Shown in pieces: positions 13,986-26,415 of a stretch of 64,000 bases of DNA; within the stretch, counting starts at the first letter, position 1, and the number at the start of each line of letters is the position of its first letter. The notes under the pieces are model-generated. The model saw only the letters and a list, made by a program, of their open reading frames with translations. It did not search any database and was not told the origin of the DNA. The stretch covers positions 19,282,001 to 19,346,000 of the forward strand of contig NC_043012.1 in the NCBI RefSeq assembly GCF_006345805.1. The letters run 5' to 3'. A program made the position numbers and the translations under genes. Source of the DNA: Octopus sinensis. Lineage: Eukaryota.

Positions 13986-15150
13986 TTGGGTTGGCAACTA
14001 TGTTCCTGCGAATTTTTTTAATGTTGGAATTAATTTTTTTCGAGAATTTTATTTTGGAAACATTCTGGAATCTATTTTTGTTTTTTATTCTAGTAAATTT
14101 TATTTTCAGATCATTCAAAATGGAATGTCAAGTTAAAGAAAAACGAGCATTTTCCACATCTCCTTATTGATTTTAATCAAGGTTCTAAGGCCGCAAAATC
14201 TGCTCGCGACGTTTGTGCTGTGTATGGAGAGGTTGCTATAGCTGAAGGAACCGCTCGTGATCGATAAGCAAAGTTTGCACGAAAATTCTCGTCAAACGAC
14301 AAGTAAACTGGCAGACAAAATGGAAAGCCCACACACTGCGATAGAGACACTTCTTGACTCGATGGGAATGGTTTAGAAGTATGGAGCATGAGTTCCGCAT
14401 GCTTTAAGTGACGACAACAAAAATCAACGAGCCACAATCTCCGCTGGTTTGCTTGCACGTCACCGTTCAACTCATGGACACAAGCAACGATTTCTTTACC
14501 GAGTCGTTACTGGCGACGAAAAATGGTGCCTGTGCATCAATATGAAGCAGCGTAAGGAATTGGCTTACCCCGGTAAAGAAGCGGACACCCGCGCATGAAA
14601 CAAGGTCTTCATCCGTGTAAGATGAATTTGTGCGTATTGCGGAACTGGGAAAGGATTATCAATTACGAATTGCTTTAACGAAACAAAGCGCTCAACGCGG
14701 AACTCTAGGTTCTACGGATGGAACGACTCAACACGGCTATTCAAGAGAAGAGGCCTAATCTTCAGTATGGGGTTCTTCTGCTGCATGATAACGCCCGCCC
14801 TCATATCGCCCTTATGACCAAGGAAGTCATTCAAACGCATGACTGGAAAGTGCCTTCATACCCACCCTACTCTCTTGATTTGGCACCAACGGAATTCGAC
14901 CTCTTTCGATATCATTCAAATGCTATGCGCGGAGTTTCGTTCAATAGTGATGCTGAATTGAGAGCTTGGTTGGAACAATGTTTCGAGTCGAAATCGGGTG
15001 ATTTGTACCATAGAAAATTTTTTTGAATGTTGGAAAGATATTTTAAACAACAAGGGTGAATACATTATTGATTAATTAGTTGTTATTTATTATTAAATCT
15101 TTTAAGAAATTCAAAATTAAAAAACAGCGAGAACTTAGTTGCCAACCCGA
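13986..15150 (+). mobile_element. Mariner transposon copy 2 with both TIRs and TA TSD (pseudogene, internal deletion)
   Basis: TA|ttgggttggcaactatgttcc ... gaacttagttgccaacccga|TA; motifs G-A-*-VPHAL, RVVTGDEKW, HDNARPH, YSLDLAPTEF. Same family as 4272-5345. Confidence 0.92.
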
Positions 15151-15899
15151 TACTTTAACTGCTTAAATAATTGAGAATTTGCTAAATGTGTTTCCAAGAG
15201 TGTTTTTAAGCTACATAGTTCAATCTTAAATCTAATGACGATTGCAAACTTTCAGCATTTGGTTTGTTCAACTTTCAGATATGGGACGTATTTTATGTTG
15301 TCATACACACAAAGCATTTAAATTATCTGCAATTTATTCTTTAATTCGGCAATACCAACAGAGCAAAATAGAAAGAAGTTTGTCGAATTAAATATAATTA
15401 ATAACGTGTAAAAATCAGCCAGAAACACATTATCTGATTGTTAAAAAATAATTTTTTATGCCAGAACGTTTTTTTTTTTTTCATGGCATAATATGTGCAT
15501 CTGTATCCCTTCATTTCATGAATCTTACAATTGTGTAAATGACTCCCGCACACACATGCCACTCCTCCACGCACTCACTCACCACAGAATACTTATTTTC
15601 ACTTTAGCCAGTTGAATTACGGCATCACTTAATGTTCTGTTTTTTTCTGATTTTGATATACTTTTAAAATTGTAATGTTACTAGGCGAAAGTCTACTGAC
15701 CATCATGCATACAGTCACAGGCATGCGCTCAAAGAAGCACACAGTTATATGTAAAGTGAAAGAGAGAAAGACAGAGAGAGGCAGAGAGAGAGACAAAGAG
15801 AGAGTGAGTTTGTACTGATGAAAATGTTACCTATGAGAAGGATTGAAACCTCATTGCAATTAATGATATGTGGAAATAAACTACACATACACACACACT

Positions 15900-15946
<47 letters not shown>

Positions 15947-17103
15947 CTATACATGTGCGTATGTACTTACATAAATTCATATCATTATATGCTTGAGTGT
16001 GTGCTTGAATTGTATACAATTGATCGTTATGCACACGATCTGTTTGATACTTTGGAAATCTGAAATTATTTGTACGACTGCATCAATTTACTTACAAAAT
16101 TGTCGATATGGGCAAATCAATTAAATTGCCAAAGTTTTAATATGTTTTTTCAGGGATGTCATATCAAACAACATATCTTATACCACACACTCTACATTTT
16201 GCCACAAATATTCTTGTTTTTGATGTCCAAAGAATTGAAAACCATAAAGCATCCGTTTATTTGACAGAAAACTAATGGATAAATATCTCCAAAAATTATG
16301 ACAGAAAGCAAAATTGTATACAGCCCAAAGTATTCATTTCACAGCTTTACATATCATCTTAGTTAAAGATGATCGTATCCCATATCTAAAATAAATGTAT
16401 ATGAATTGAAAAATAAGGTGATATTCAAATGTCTGCCTGATACCCTCCCAAGCCGGTGAACCAAAATTACAGTATTTCAAGACAAGCTCCCATTACTGTT
16501 CAGTTTCCTGTTATGGATGATCAAGTTAAGGTGAAACACACTGAAATACATTTTGAAATCTTTTCATCTCATTAAAAAGAAGGAGATAACTGCATACTGT
16601 ATCTTCACCGCCTACAGTACAATAATAAGAAATTGGAAATATACAGATATATTTATCATATTTAGCACTTCTCGGAGTGATATGTAATTTCAGCAGTTCA
16701 CAGACACAACTGCCAAGGAAATGCTTCAAGCACTCATGACTAGGTACACAATATGAAGCTAAGTGACATGACGAGAATACATAACGAGGAACCTATTTAA
16801 GCAATCGTATGTGGCACGTTCTACTACAAAACATATCAGATTAATGCCCCTACAGTACAATAAAATTGCACTGAAAATATAAAGATATAGTCAGAACACT
16901 TAGCACTGATTTCAGAGATTTGTCGAAGTGGTGTAGTCCTTCAACAGTTCAGAGACACAACTGACTGTGAAATGCTGCAATAGCATATGTAGTACAAGAT
17001 ATGTAGCTTCTATGATATCCGTGAAAAAATATACAAAACGTTGGCAATTTGATTTGCTGGGATGCAAGGTAATGACTGTGCCACATCTCACCTAAGAACT
17101 ATA

Positions 17104-18365
17104 CGAAGTGGTATCAAAAGTTTCCTGAACTAGTTCTGTAGCGCACGAACAGATGGCAGGCACACGGCGGCATGCACCATGAGAGCTAGAAATTGTCTTC
17201 ATAAAGTGGTGCGCCGAGTGACAACACTGTTTACTTCACATTTTGTGAAATTTGTTCTTTTGAGATAACGTGTATGCTATACTTTGCGATTTTGTCAAGG
17301 ACAGGAACAGAGAGTCAACATAAAGATTTTGCTTTAAACTTGGGAAATCTGCTGTAGAGGCATTGCGAATGCATCGACAAGCTTATAGAAACAAGGCAAT
17401 ACATGATGTTTCGAATGGCACGGGCACTTCCAGAGCGGAAGAATTTCCTTGGAAGACGTTAAGTGATCTGGAAGATATGCTACAAGAGTCACTTCCGGAA
17501 ATGTGGAGAAATTTACCAGCGTAGAGGACAATCAACGACTTTGCTGATGTTATTGATCTGTAGTATGGGTTCCGGTAGGCAATCATAACGTCTGAATTGA
17601 AAATGCGGTGTGTCTCTGCTAAGTTTGTCCCCCGCTTGCTGACCATTGAGCAAAATGAACATGGCGTCGGACTTTGTGAAGATCTCCTTGAATGTGACGC
17701 TGATGACTTCTCCTTCATGTTGAGGTTGATCCCCGGTGACGCGAGTTGGGTCTACGCGTACGAGTCTGAGACGCCGCAGCAGTGTTCGCCATGGAGTACG
17801 CTTCATCTCCATGACCGACGAATGCACGACAGAGCTGCAGGTCAATCAAGAGTAAGCTCATCGTTTCTTCTCGACATCCGCGGTATTGAGCATCGAGAAC
17901 TGACCCCACAACTGGGCCAGAACACCGACTTAGAGTCCTGCCGCGAGGTTTTGAGGCGTTTGAAGGAGAACATTCGACAAAAGCGATTGGATCCTGGAGC
18001 GTGAATAATTGGACTCATTAGGATGACAATACTTCCGGTCCCCGCGCTCTCGTCACTCGTCATTTTCTCGTCAACATACAACATGATATCGCTTTCGCAC
18101 CTGACCTATTCGCCAGATTTAGAACCTGCGGACTTCCATGTCTTCCCCCAAAGAAACGGGAGCTCAATGGTTACCGTTTTAACACCATTGTCGAGATCAA
18201 GAGCGAATCGCAGAAAGAACTAGACTCGTTTACGGAAAAAAGACTTCCGAGCCGGATTCCAAAAATGCAGGAACACTTCGCTCAGATTATTGCTGTGAAA
18301 GTTAACTATTTCGCAGGAAATGATATTAAAACTTAGGTAAATAACTTATTTTTTATTAAACATAA
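17104..18365 (+). mobile_element. Degenerate mariner, irritans-like subfamily
   Basis: TA|cgaagtggtatcaaaagtttcc left TIR; frameshifted FCFKLGKS, VSAKFVPRLLT, IPGDASWVYAYESET, TYSPDLEPADF. The right end stops at actagt. Confidence 0.85.
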
Positions 18366-18419
18366 CTAGTAGAGCGACCCGGCGTTGCTTCAGACTAAAA
18401 TGGCACAGTTTCTTTGGCG

Positions 18420-18710
18420 ATTTACTTATTTCAATCATGTGACTGCGGCCATGATCGAGCATCGCTTTCAGTGAAACAAATCGACCCCAGAATTCATTCT
18501 ATGTAAGACCAGTACTTATTCTATCGGCATCTTTTGGCGAACTGTTAAGCAACGGGTACGTAAACACAGCTGCATCGGTTGTCAAGCGATGATGGGGATA
18601 CATACGTACACACACATATATAAACATACATATATATACGACAGCCTTCTTCTAGTTTCTGTATACGAAACCAACTCACAAGTTTTTGGTCGGCCTGAAG
18701 CTACAGTATA
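18420..18710 (-). mobile_element. SINE family S2 body/tail lacking its head
   Basis: catgtgactgcggccatg...aaatcgacccc...ctattctatcgg...catcggttgtcaagcgatg...ccaactcacaag matches 57752-58075. Confidence 0.8.
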
Positions 18711-18750
18711 TATATATATATAATATGTATATATGTATATATATATATAT

Positions 18751-18798
<48 letters not shown>

Positions 18799-18854
18799 CA
18801 GACTCTTTAATTGCATTGGCAACACAGAGAGATACAAAGAATTATGAATAAATG

Positions 18855-18910
<56 letters not shown>

Positions 18911-19167
18911 CTACTACTACTACTACGACCCACAGTCACTGATACTACTGCTATTCGCTCACTGGTCATTTCCCCAACTGTAGTCAACAAACAAGACAGC
19001 TATTATGCCCCCTCACAAAAAAACACGTGGGCTCTGTTGAGACTAGCAAGAAACAATTATGAAGTTTGTATTACACTTATCATTTAAAAATAGTATAGAT
19101 AAGGTTTTTTTTTCAAGAAGAACCGAAATATGTAAAATTTCAAACTTCTTTTTTATAAATATATATA

Positions 19168-19206
<39 letters not shown>

Positions 19207-19321
19207 TGTATATATGTATATATATACATATGTGTATGCATATGTGTATACATATGTATACATTGTTTATATGCATACACATATATATATATACATATAT
19301 ACATATATATATACATATAGA

Positions 19322-19439
19322 TATCAAAACGTTCCGGACTAGTCTATACACACACACACGCGCATACACATATGTATATATATATATACATATGAGTGCG
19401 CGTGTGTGTGTGTATAGACTAGTCCGGAACGTGTTGCTA
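19322..19439. repeat. ~118-bp near-perfect palindrome centred on a CA/TA microsatellite
   Basis: acgttccggactagtctatacacacacacacgcgca (19329-19364) is the exact reverse complement of 19397-19432; the centre is also largely palindromic. Confidence 0.9.
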
Positions 19440-19705
19440 CACATCGCTGGTCACTATGCGCTTCGCATTGTTTCAGCCTTCGAATGATGCCACCCTGCTG
19501 GTTAAGCGAGCAGGCCAACAGAAGGAAGAGTGAGAGAAAGTTGTGGTGAAAGAGTACAGCAAAGATCACGACCCCCTGCCAGAGCCTCGTGGATCTTTTA
19601 GGTGTTTTTGCTCAATAAACACTCACAACGCCCGGTCTGGGAATCGAAACCGCGATGCTACGACCGTGAGTCCGCTGCCCTAACCACTGCGCCATTGCGC
19701 CTCAC
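19430..19705 (-). mobile_element. tRNA-derived SINE, head/body X with tail B
   Basis: Minus-strand head with tggcgcagtggttagggcagcgg and ggtttcgattcccagaccggg. Tail gttgctacacatcgctggtcac also occurs at 25806-25921. Confidence 0.85.
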
Positions 19706-19706
19706 A

Positions 19707-19744
<38 letters not shown>

Positions 19745-19939
19745 GAGGTGCAATATATATGTATATATATATATATATATATACATATATATCTTCCGGA
19801 AAATTATTTCATTAATTTAGTTAAGTATTTACATCCGCAAGCTCCTTTGTAACATAACATGTTTCGCTCCTGTATTTAATAATGGTGAATCTATCTAGTG
19901 GAGTAGAACATTTTAGCATTCATTTACCGTAGTCACCTG

Positions 19940-21750
19940 CCAAATAATTTTGGAGAAAATTTTCGAATAATCACTTTGTGATTTTGGCACCGCTGGCTTT
20001 CCATACTTTGTGATTTTGGCGCCGCTGGCTTTCTATATTTTGTGATTTTGGCACGGCTGGGCTTCCATACTCTGTGATTTTGGCACCGCTGGCCTTCCAT
20101 ACTTTGTGAAAATTTTCGAAAAATTTTTGGGGAAAATTTTCGGTGAAAATTTCGATAAATTTTTGGGGAAAATTTTCGGAAAGTTTTGTAAAAAATTTTC
20201 GAAAAATTGGCCTTCCATACTTTGTGATTTTGGCACAATTTTCGGTGAAAATTTTCTAAAAATTTTTGTGTTAAATTTTCGAAAAATTTTTGGAAAATTT
20301 TTGGGTAAAATTTTCGGTGAAAATTTTGGAAAAATAGTCGGGGAAAATTTTCAAAAATTTTCAAAAACTTTTACGGGAAAATTTTTGGTGAAAATTTTCT
20401 GAAAATTTTTGTGTAAAATTTTTGGTGAAACTTTTCCAAAAAGTTTTTGGTGAAAATTTTTAGGTAAAATTTTCGAAAGATTTTTGTGTAAAATTTTCAG
20501 AGAAAATTTTCGGAAAATCTTTTGGGAAAATTTTACCCAAAAATTTTTCGAAAATTTTCCCCGAAATTTTTTGGTGAAAATTTTTGGTGAAAATTTTCGA
20601 ACAATTTTTGGGTAAAATCTTAAAAAAATTTTTGTGAAAAATTTTTGGATAAATTTTTGTTGAAAATTTTCGAAAAACTTTTCGGGAAAATTTTATCCAA
20701 AAATTTTTGGAAAATTTTTGGGTAAAATTTTCGGTGAAAATTTTGGAAAAATAGTCGGGGAAAATTTTCAAAAATTTTCAAAAACTTTTACGGGAAAATT
20801 TTTGGTGAAAATTTTCTGAAAATTTTTGTGTAAAATTTTTGGTGAAACTTTTCCAAAAAGTTTTTGGTGAAAATTTTTAGGTAAAATTTTCGAAAGATTT
20901 TTGTGTAAAATTTTCAGAGAAAATTTTCGGAAAATCTTTTGGGGAAAATTTTACCCAAAAATTTTTCGAAAATTTTCCCCGAAATTTTTTGGTGAAAATT
21001 TTTGGTGAAAATTTTCGAACAATTTTTGGGTAAAATCTTAAAAAAATTTTTGTGAAAAATTTTTGGGTAAAATTTCGAAAAATTTTTGGATAAATTTTTG
21101 TTGAAAATTTTCGAAAAACTTTTCGGGAAAATTTTATCCAAAAATTTTTGGAAAATTTTTGGTTAAAATTTTCGGTGAAAATTGTCTAAAAATTTTTGGG
21201 GGAAATTTTCGTTGAAAATTTTCGAAAAATATTTGGTTAAAATTTTCCGTGAAAATTTTCAGTGAAAATTTTTAGTGAAAAATTTTTGGGTAAAATCTTC
21301 GGTGAAAATTTTCGAAGAATTTTTGGGTAAAATCTTCGGTGAAAATTTTCGAAGAATTTTTGGGTAAAATCTTCGGTGAAAATTTTCGAAGAATTTTTTG
21401 GGTAAAATCTTAGAAAAATTTTTGGTGAAAATTTCCGTTGAAAATTTTCGATGAAAATTTTAGAAAAATTTTTGGGTAAAATTTTCGGTGAAAATTTTTG
21501 AGAAATTTTTGGCGGAAATTTTCGTGGAAAATGTTTGAAAAATATTTGGGGAAAAATTTTTGGAAAAAATTTTCGGTGAAAATATTTGATATACTTTTGG
21601 GGAAAATTTTCCGGTGAAAATTTTTTGAAAAATTTTTGGAGAAAATTTCGGTGAAAATTTTCGAAAAATCACAAGTTCAACGGTGCCAAAATCACAATGT
21701 ATGGAAAATTTTCGAAAAATTTTTGGTTAAAATTTGTTTTGAAAATTTTC
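19940..21750. repeat. GAAAATTTT-based low-complexity satellite with 32-bp terminal repeats
   Basis: Four 32-bp units tttgtgattttggcaccgctggctttccatac at 19975-20102, inverted partial copies at 21665-21704, and an internal ~418-bp duplication (about 20300 vs 20720). Confidence 0.85.
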
Positions 21751-22070
21751 GAACGGATGCGTAGCAAAACGGATATTATTCAAAGAGCGATGTTTATGTG
21801 TACTCGAAACGAAATAGCAACACTGGCAAGAAATGTGTACAACATTGTTTAATGACAACATAAAAAATACCACACTTCTTTTGATTAATAATTTTCATTG
21901 CAATATATAAGGTAAGAAGCTTACTTCCAAAACATAGGGATCTTGCGTTCATTCTTACAGCGCAGCACCTTCCAAGGCCTCCACTATAGTCCCGAAACGA
22001 GCAAACCCTCCTGAGTGGAAATTTAGTAGACAGAAACCGTTAAGTGCCCATCGTATATCTATCTATCTAC

Positions 22071-22159
<89 letters not shown>

Positions 22160-22164
22160 CATCC

Positions 22165-22198
<34 letters not shown>

Positions 22199-22227
22199 GT
22201 ATCTAGGACGCTATGATAGATCGTTAG

Positions 22228-22526
<299 letters not shown>

Positions 22527-23782
22527 ATATATATATATATATTATATATATATATATATATATATTTAGAAAGAGGAGGGATATAATACCGAATAATGTC
22601 ATGTGGCAATAAAATATGTAGAATCAACCAAAACTGTTCCAGTCTAGAATATCACAGTCAGTCCTTTCTGTCACAATTTTAAACTGGAAACAATCTACTT
22701 TTCCACTAATGAAAATACGCCCTACACATTCACACCGATTTCATAATGTGACTGTATTTGTGGAAATGTGCGTCGTAGATTACAACACAGTATTTTGAAT
22801 GTAAACTCTTCGCTACATATATCACGAGGTTTCTTAGTTTTATTATTAGCATGAATATTGTGAAAATATATATTCTTCAACGTAGTAATTGAAGTGCAAA
22901 TAAAATATCTAAAATCGAAACCAGGATTACGCTAAAAATATTTAGATATATTTATATAAAATACTCTGTAGAAATTTTAAATCCAAAGTTTCATGTTTTT
23001 CATGTTAGGAAGTGTGCCCGGGGAGAAACATGGTATTCGTATTATATATTTACTTAATAACAATAGCGTGGTTTTCATTTCATTGTTGAAGATGTATATA
23101 AGGTAAATGTTGCTATAGAAATATCTGATTTGAAAAAACATGATGTTTTGTATCATTTCCATGTTAGACTTAATCAAGAAAATAGAGGTTCAGATGTAAA
23201 TAATACGTTCGAAATTTCGTTATTAATTATCGGTATACAAACATATATTTTTCCAAAGGCAACGTATTATATGGTATTAAAATTAAATGACATGTGTAGC
23301 ATATCAGATGATCATAAAGTTATTTAGCTAGTATTCCGACACACACACACACGCATACGCACACATACATTTTCATATATAATACACAGACACACAAACA
23401 TACAAACACACACACTTGTATACATACGTAAGTGATATATATGCATGTGTGTTTGAGAGGATATTTTTAAGGTGGCATATTTTGAAAATGTAGCAAATAT
23501 TTGATTAGTTTAATCCGTACAAATATTCTCAAAGCACTTCTATATTTTGCTCGTTAATATGCATATAGAGAAATATGTCCGGACTATCGTACAGAAAAAA
23601 AAAAACAACACACACACACACATACACTGACATGCACACACAGACACACTGACATGCACACACACACACACACACACATACACTGACATGCACACACAGA
23701 CACACTGACATGCACACACACACACACACACATATCATCTTTTAGATGATTCAGGCATTGGATTTTTTTTTTGTTTCTTCCT

Positions 23783-24073
23783 TCTCGAGCCATACCTGGC
23801 TCATAAGGGCCGGTTTCCCGGTTTCTTTGCGTATAGGTTACCCACCTGGACGGGACGCCGATTCGTCGCAGGTGAGCTGCAAGATGCAGGAGGAAAGAGT
23901 GAGAGAAAGTTGTGGCGAAAGAGTCACTAGAAGTTCGTCATTAACTTCTGCCGGACCCGCGTGGAGCTTCGGTATTTCGCTCATAAACATACACATCGCC
24001 CGGTCGGAGATTCGAACCCTCGATCTCTCGACCGCAAATCCGCTGCTCTAACCACTAGGCTATGTGCCTCCAC
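23783..24073 (-). mobile_element. tRNA-derived SINE, head/body X with tail C
   Basis: Head tgtggaggcacatagcctagtggttagagcagcgg...gggttcgaatctccgaccggg; shared body gagagaaagttgtggcgaaagag; distinct tail gagccatacctggctcataagggccgg. Confidence 0.85.
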
Positions 24074-24319
24074 AGGCATTGGATTGCAGCCATTTTGTAG
24101 TACCAGCTTCAATAATTTTTTGTCGAATAAATCAATCCGAGTACTTGAATTTTTACACCTAATGATTATTCTAACGCTACCTATTGCGAAACAACTAAGT
24201 TATGGGGACGTACGCATACACCAAAAGGGTTATCAGGTGGTGGAGGGAGACAAACATAAACAGAAAGATAAACACGCAAACACTGATACACACGCACACA
24301 CATATATATATTGTATATA

Positions 24320-25015
24320 TTGGGTCATCCTATAAATAATGCGGTTTTTTTCAATTGCATGAACTTAAAGTCGGAGGGAGTCGGTAGCTGGCAGAAACGT
24401 CAGCGAGCCGGACGAAATGCTGAGCGGTATTTCGTCTGCCGCTACGTTCTGAGTTCAAATTCCGCCGAGGTCGACTTTGCCTTTCATCCTTTAGGGGTCG
24501 ATAAATTAAGTACCAGTTACGCACTGGGGTCGATGTAATCGACTTAATACCTGTGTCTGTCTTTGTTTGTTCCCTCTGTGTTTAGCCCCCTGTGGGTAAT
24601 AAAGAAATAGGTATAAACTACCTGCCTCAACTTGCTACAAAATCAGGTAGTAATTTTACCTTGTCGTTATTCTTAGTGAAAAGTTTGAAGACTGAAGTTC
24701 GATATTAGCAGTTATTTTTTCTAAGCTATAATGAAAAGGACAAGTGAGCATATTCGCATCTTGTGTTTTATAAGTTCAATAAAGGCAACAAGGCAACGGA
24801 AATTTTGTCGTATATTTATGCAGTATAAGGAGGATTGGACAATAAGCGTAAGCCCGTGTAAACAGTGTTTCCAGAAATTTCGACCCTGGACATACAGCCT
24901 ACAAAAAGGTGGCTTACCCGGAAGTTCCGTAGAGTTCGACGAGGATGTTCTGCAAATCCTGGTGTAAGAAAATCCTATCGTGACTGTTGGGGAACTAGCA
25001 AAGAGGATTCGATTA
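24320..25015 (+). mobile_element. 5' part of a third mariner family, interrupted by a SINE
   Basis: TA|ttgggtcatcctataaataatgcgg TIR-like start; frameshifted N-terminus MKRTSEHIR..YKFNKGNKATE..CFQKFR..VEFDEDVLQILV. Confidence 0.75.
24383..24612 (+). mobile_element. SINE family S1 nested in the mariner 5' leader
   Basis: Near-identical to 8091-8325. Confidence 0.85.
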
Positions 25016-25038
25016 GTTTATATGTATATATATATACA

Positions 25039-25073
<35 letters not shown>

Positions 25074-25242
25074 TAATGTCAGAAGCCTCATGGCATACTC
25101 AGATTGTTGAAAAAATCGATCAGAGGACTCCTGGTTTATCCAATACAACCTTTAAACAAGTAAACTGACCCTACAATAATGTAGTCGACAAAATAAACAA
25201 ATCAATAAGTGCATTCGAATTACACACAAACACACACACACA

Positions 25243-25307
<65 letters not shown>

Positions 25308-25725
25308 CTTTATTTAAAAGAAGCATAAATAAAGCAGAAGCTGTTACTCAGACATTCACGTTCCCGTTCATCGGACAGAAACATACAAAATAAACTGCAT
25401 TTTCTGGAGAATGGCATACTAGTTGGTGAGTTGTTTCAAAGTTTGCCATTGTTAAATCTTAATTTTTTACTAATTAAGCTCGTATAAAAAAGATATTTTG
25501 GCATCGGTATGCGACTGTGTCCCTGTGAATCTTTACAACGAGCAGTATGGAACTACGATACATTTTAATAAAACTGTCCATCGAAAAGGAACTTGAAACT
25601 CCAAGTGACAGCTTTTGCTATATTTCTGCTGCTTTTAAATAAATCATATTACTCTACCTCTGGTATTTGAGTACTTTTTCCCACCTTGTTTCACTTTTAT
25701 GCGCTTAGTCCGGTATATATATATA

Positions 25726-25770
<45 letters not shown>

Positions 25771-25805
25771 ATCTATATATATAGATATATATATATATAT
25801 ATATA

Positions 25806-25921
25806 TCACGTGATCACGTGACCGACCAAACCATCAGATGTTGTTACACATCGCTGGTCACAATGTGTTCGCATTGTTTTAGCCTTCAAATGATGCCACC
25901 CCGCTGGCTAAGCGAGCAGGC
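25806..25921 (-). mobile_element. SINE tail-B fragment
   Basis: gatgttgttacacatcgctggtcacaatg...gatgccaccccgctggctaagcgagcaggc matches 19430-19520. Confidence 0.75.
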
Positions 25922-26191
25922 TATATATATATATATGTGCATGTATGTATGTATAGCAGAAATTTAGATACAAATTAATTAGGTATTTAAGTTGAGGCAC
26001 CAGAGTCTAATACTGTATTCTCTATACGGTTTCAAAGTAAGGTGATTAAAATCAAAATAAGCAACATGATATACTCTGGATTTCCTGTTGCTTATTTTGA
26101 TTATATATATATACATACATTTTTATTATTACCTTGGTCACCATGATCAAGGTGATAATCAATATCATCCATGTCAGCATCCAGCATTTTG

Positions 26192-26231
<40 letters not shown>

Positions 26232-26265
26232 TATATGTGTATATATATGTATGTATGTACATATG

Positions 26266-26415
26266 CAACGGGCTTCATCTAGCTCTCGTCTACGAAATCC
26301 ATTCAGAAGGCTTAGGCGTACCTGAAAGCTTAGAGCATGTGCCCAAGGTTCGACGCAGTGCGCCTGAAATTGGAAACATCTGGTTAGGAAGTTAACTTCT
26401 TACCGCACATCCACA
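26266..26415 (-). mobile_element. Diverged SINE family S2 head fragment
   Basis: acgggcttc...gtctacgaaatcca matches 58008-58045; followed by tgcccaaggttcgacgcagtg and a tRNA-like segment. Confidence 0.55.

Noticed and set aside
18364-18410. actagtagagcgacccggcgttgc resembling a Helitron/DINE-type 5' end
   Set aside because: Only ~25 bp of resemblance and no matching 3' hairpin or CTRR end found.
19933-21672. F/K/N-rich ORFs resembling repeat proteins
   Set aside because: They occur on both strands and several frames of a self-complementary AAAATTTT satellite, with no splice or domain evidence.
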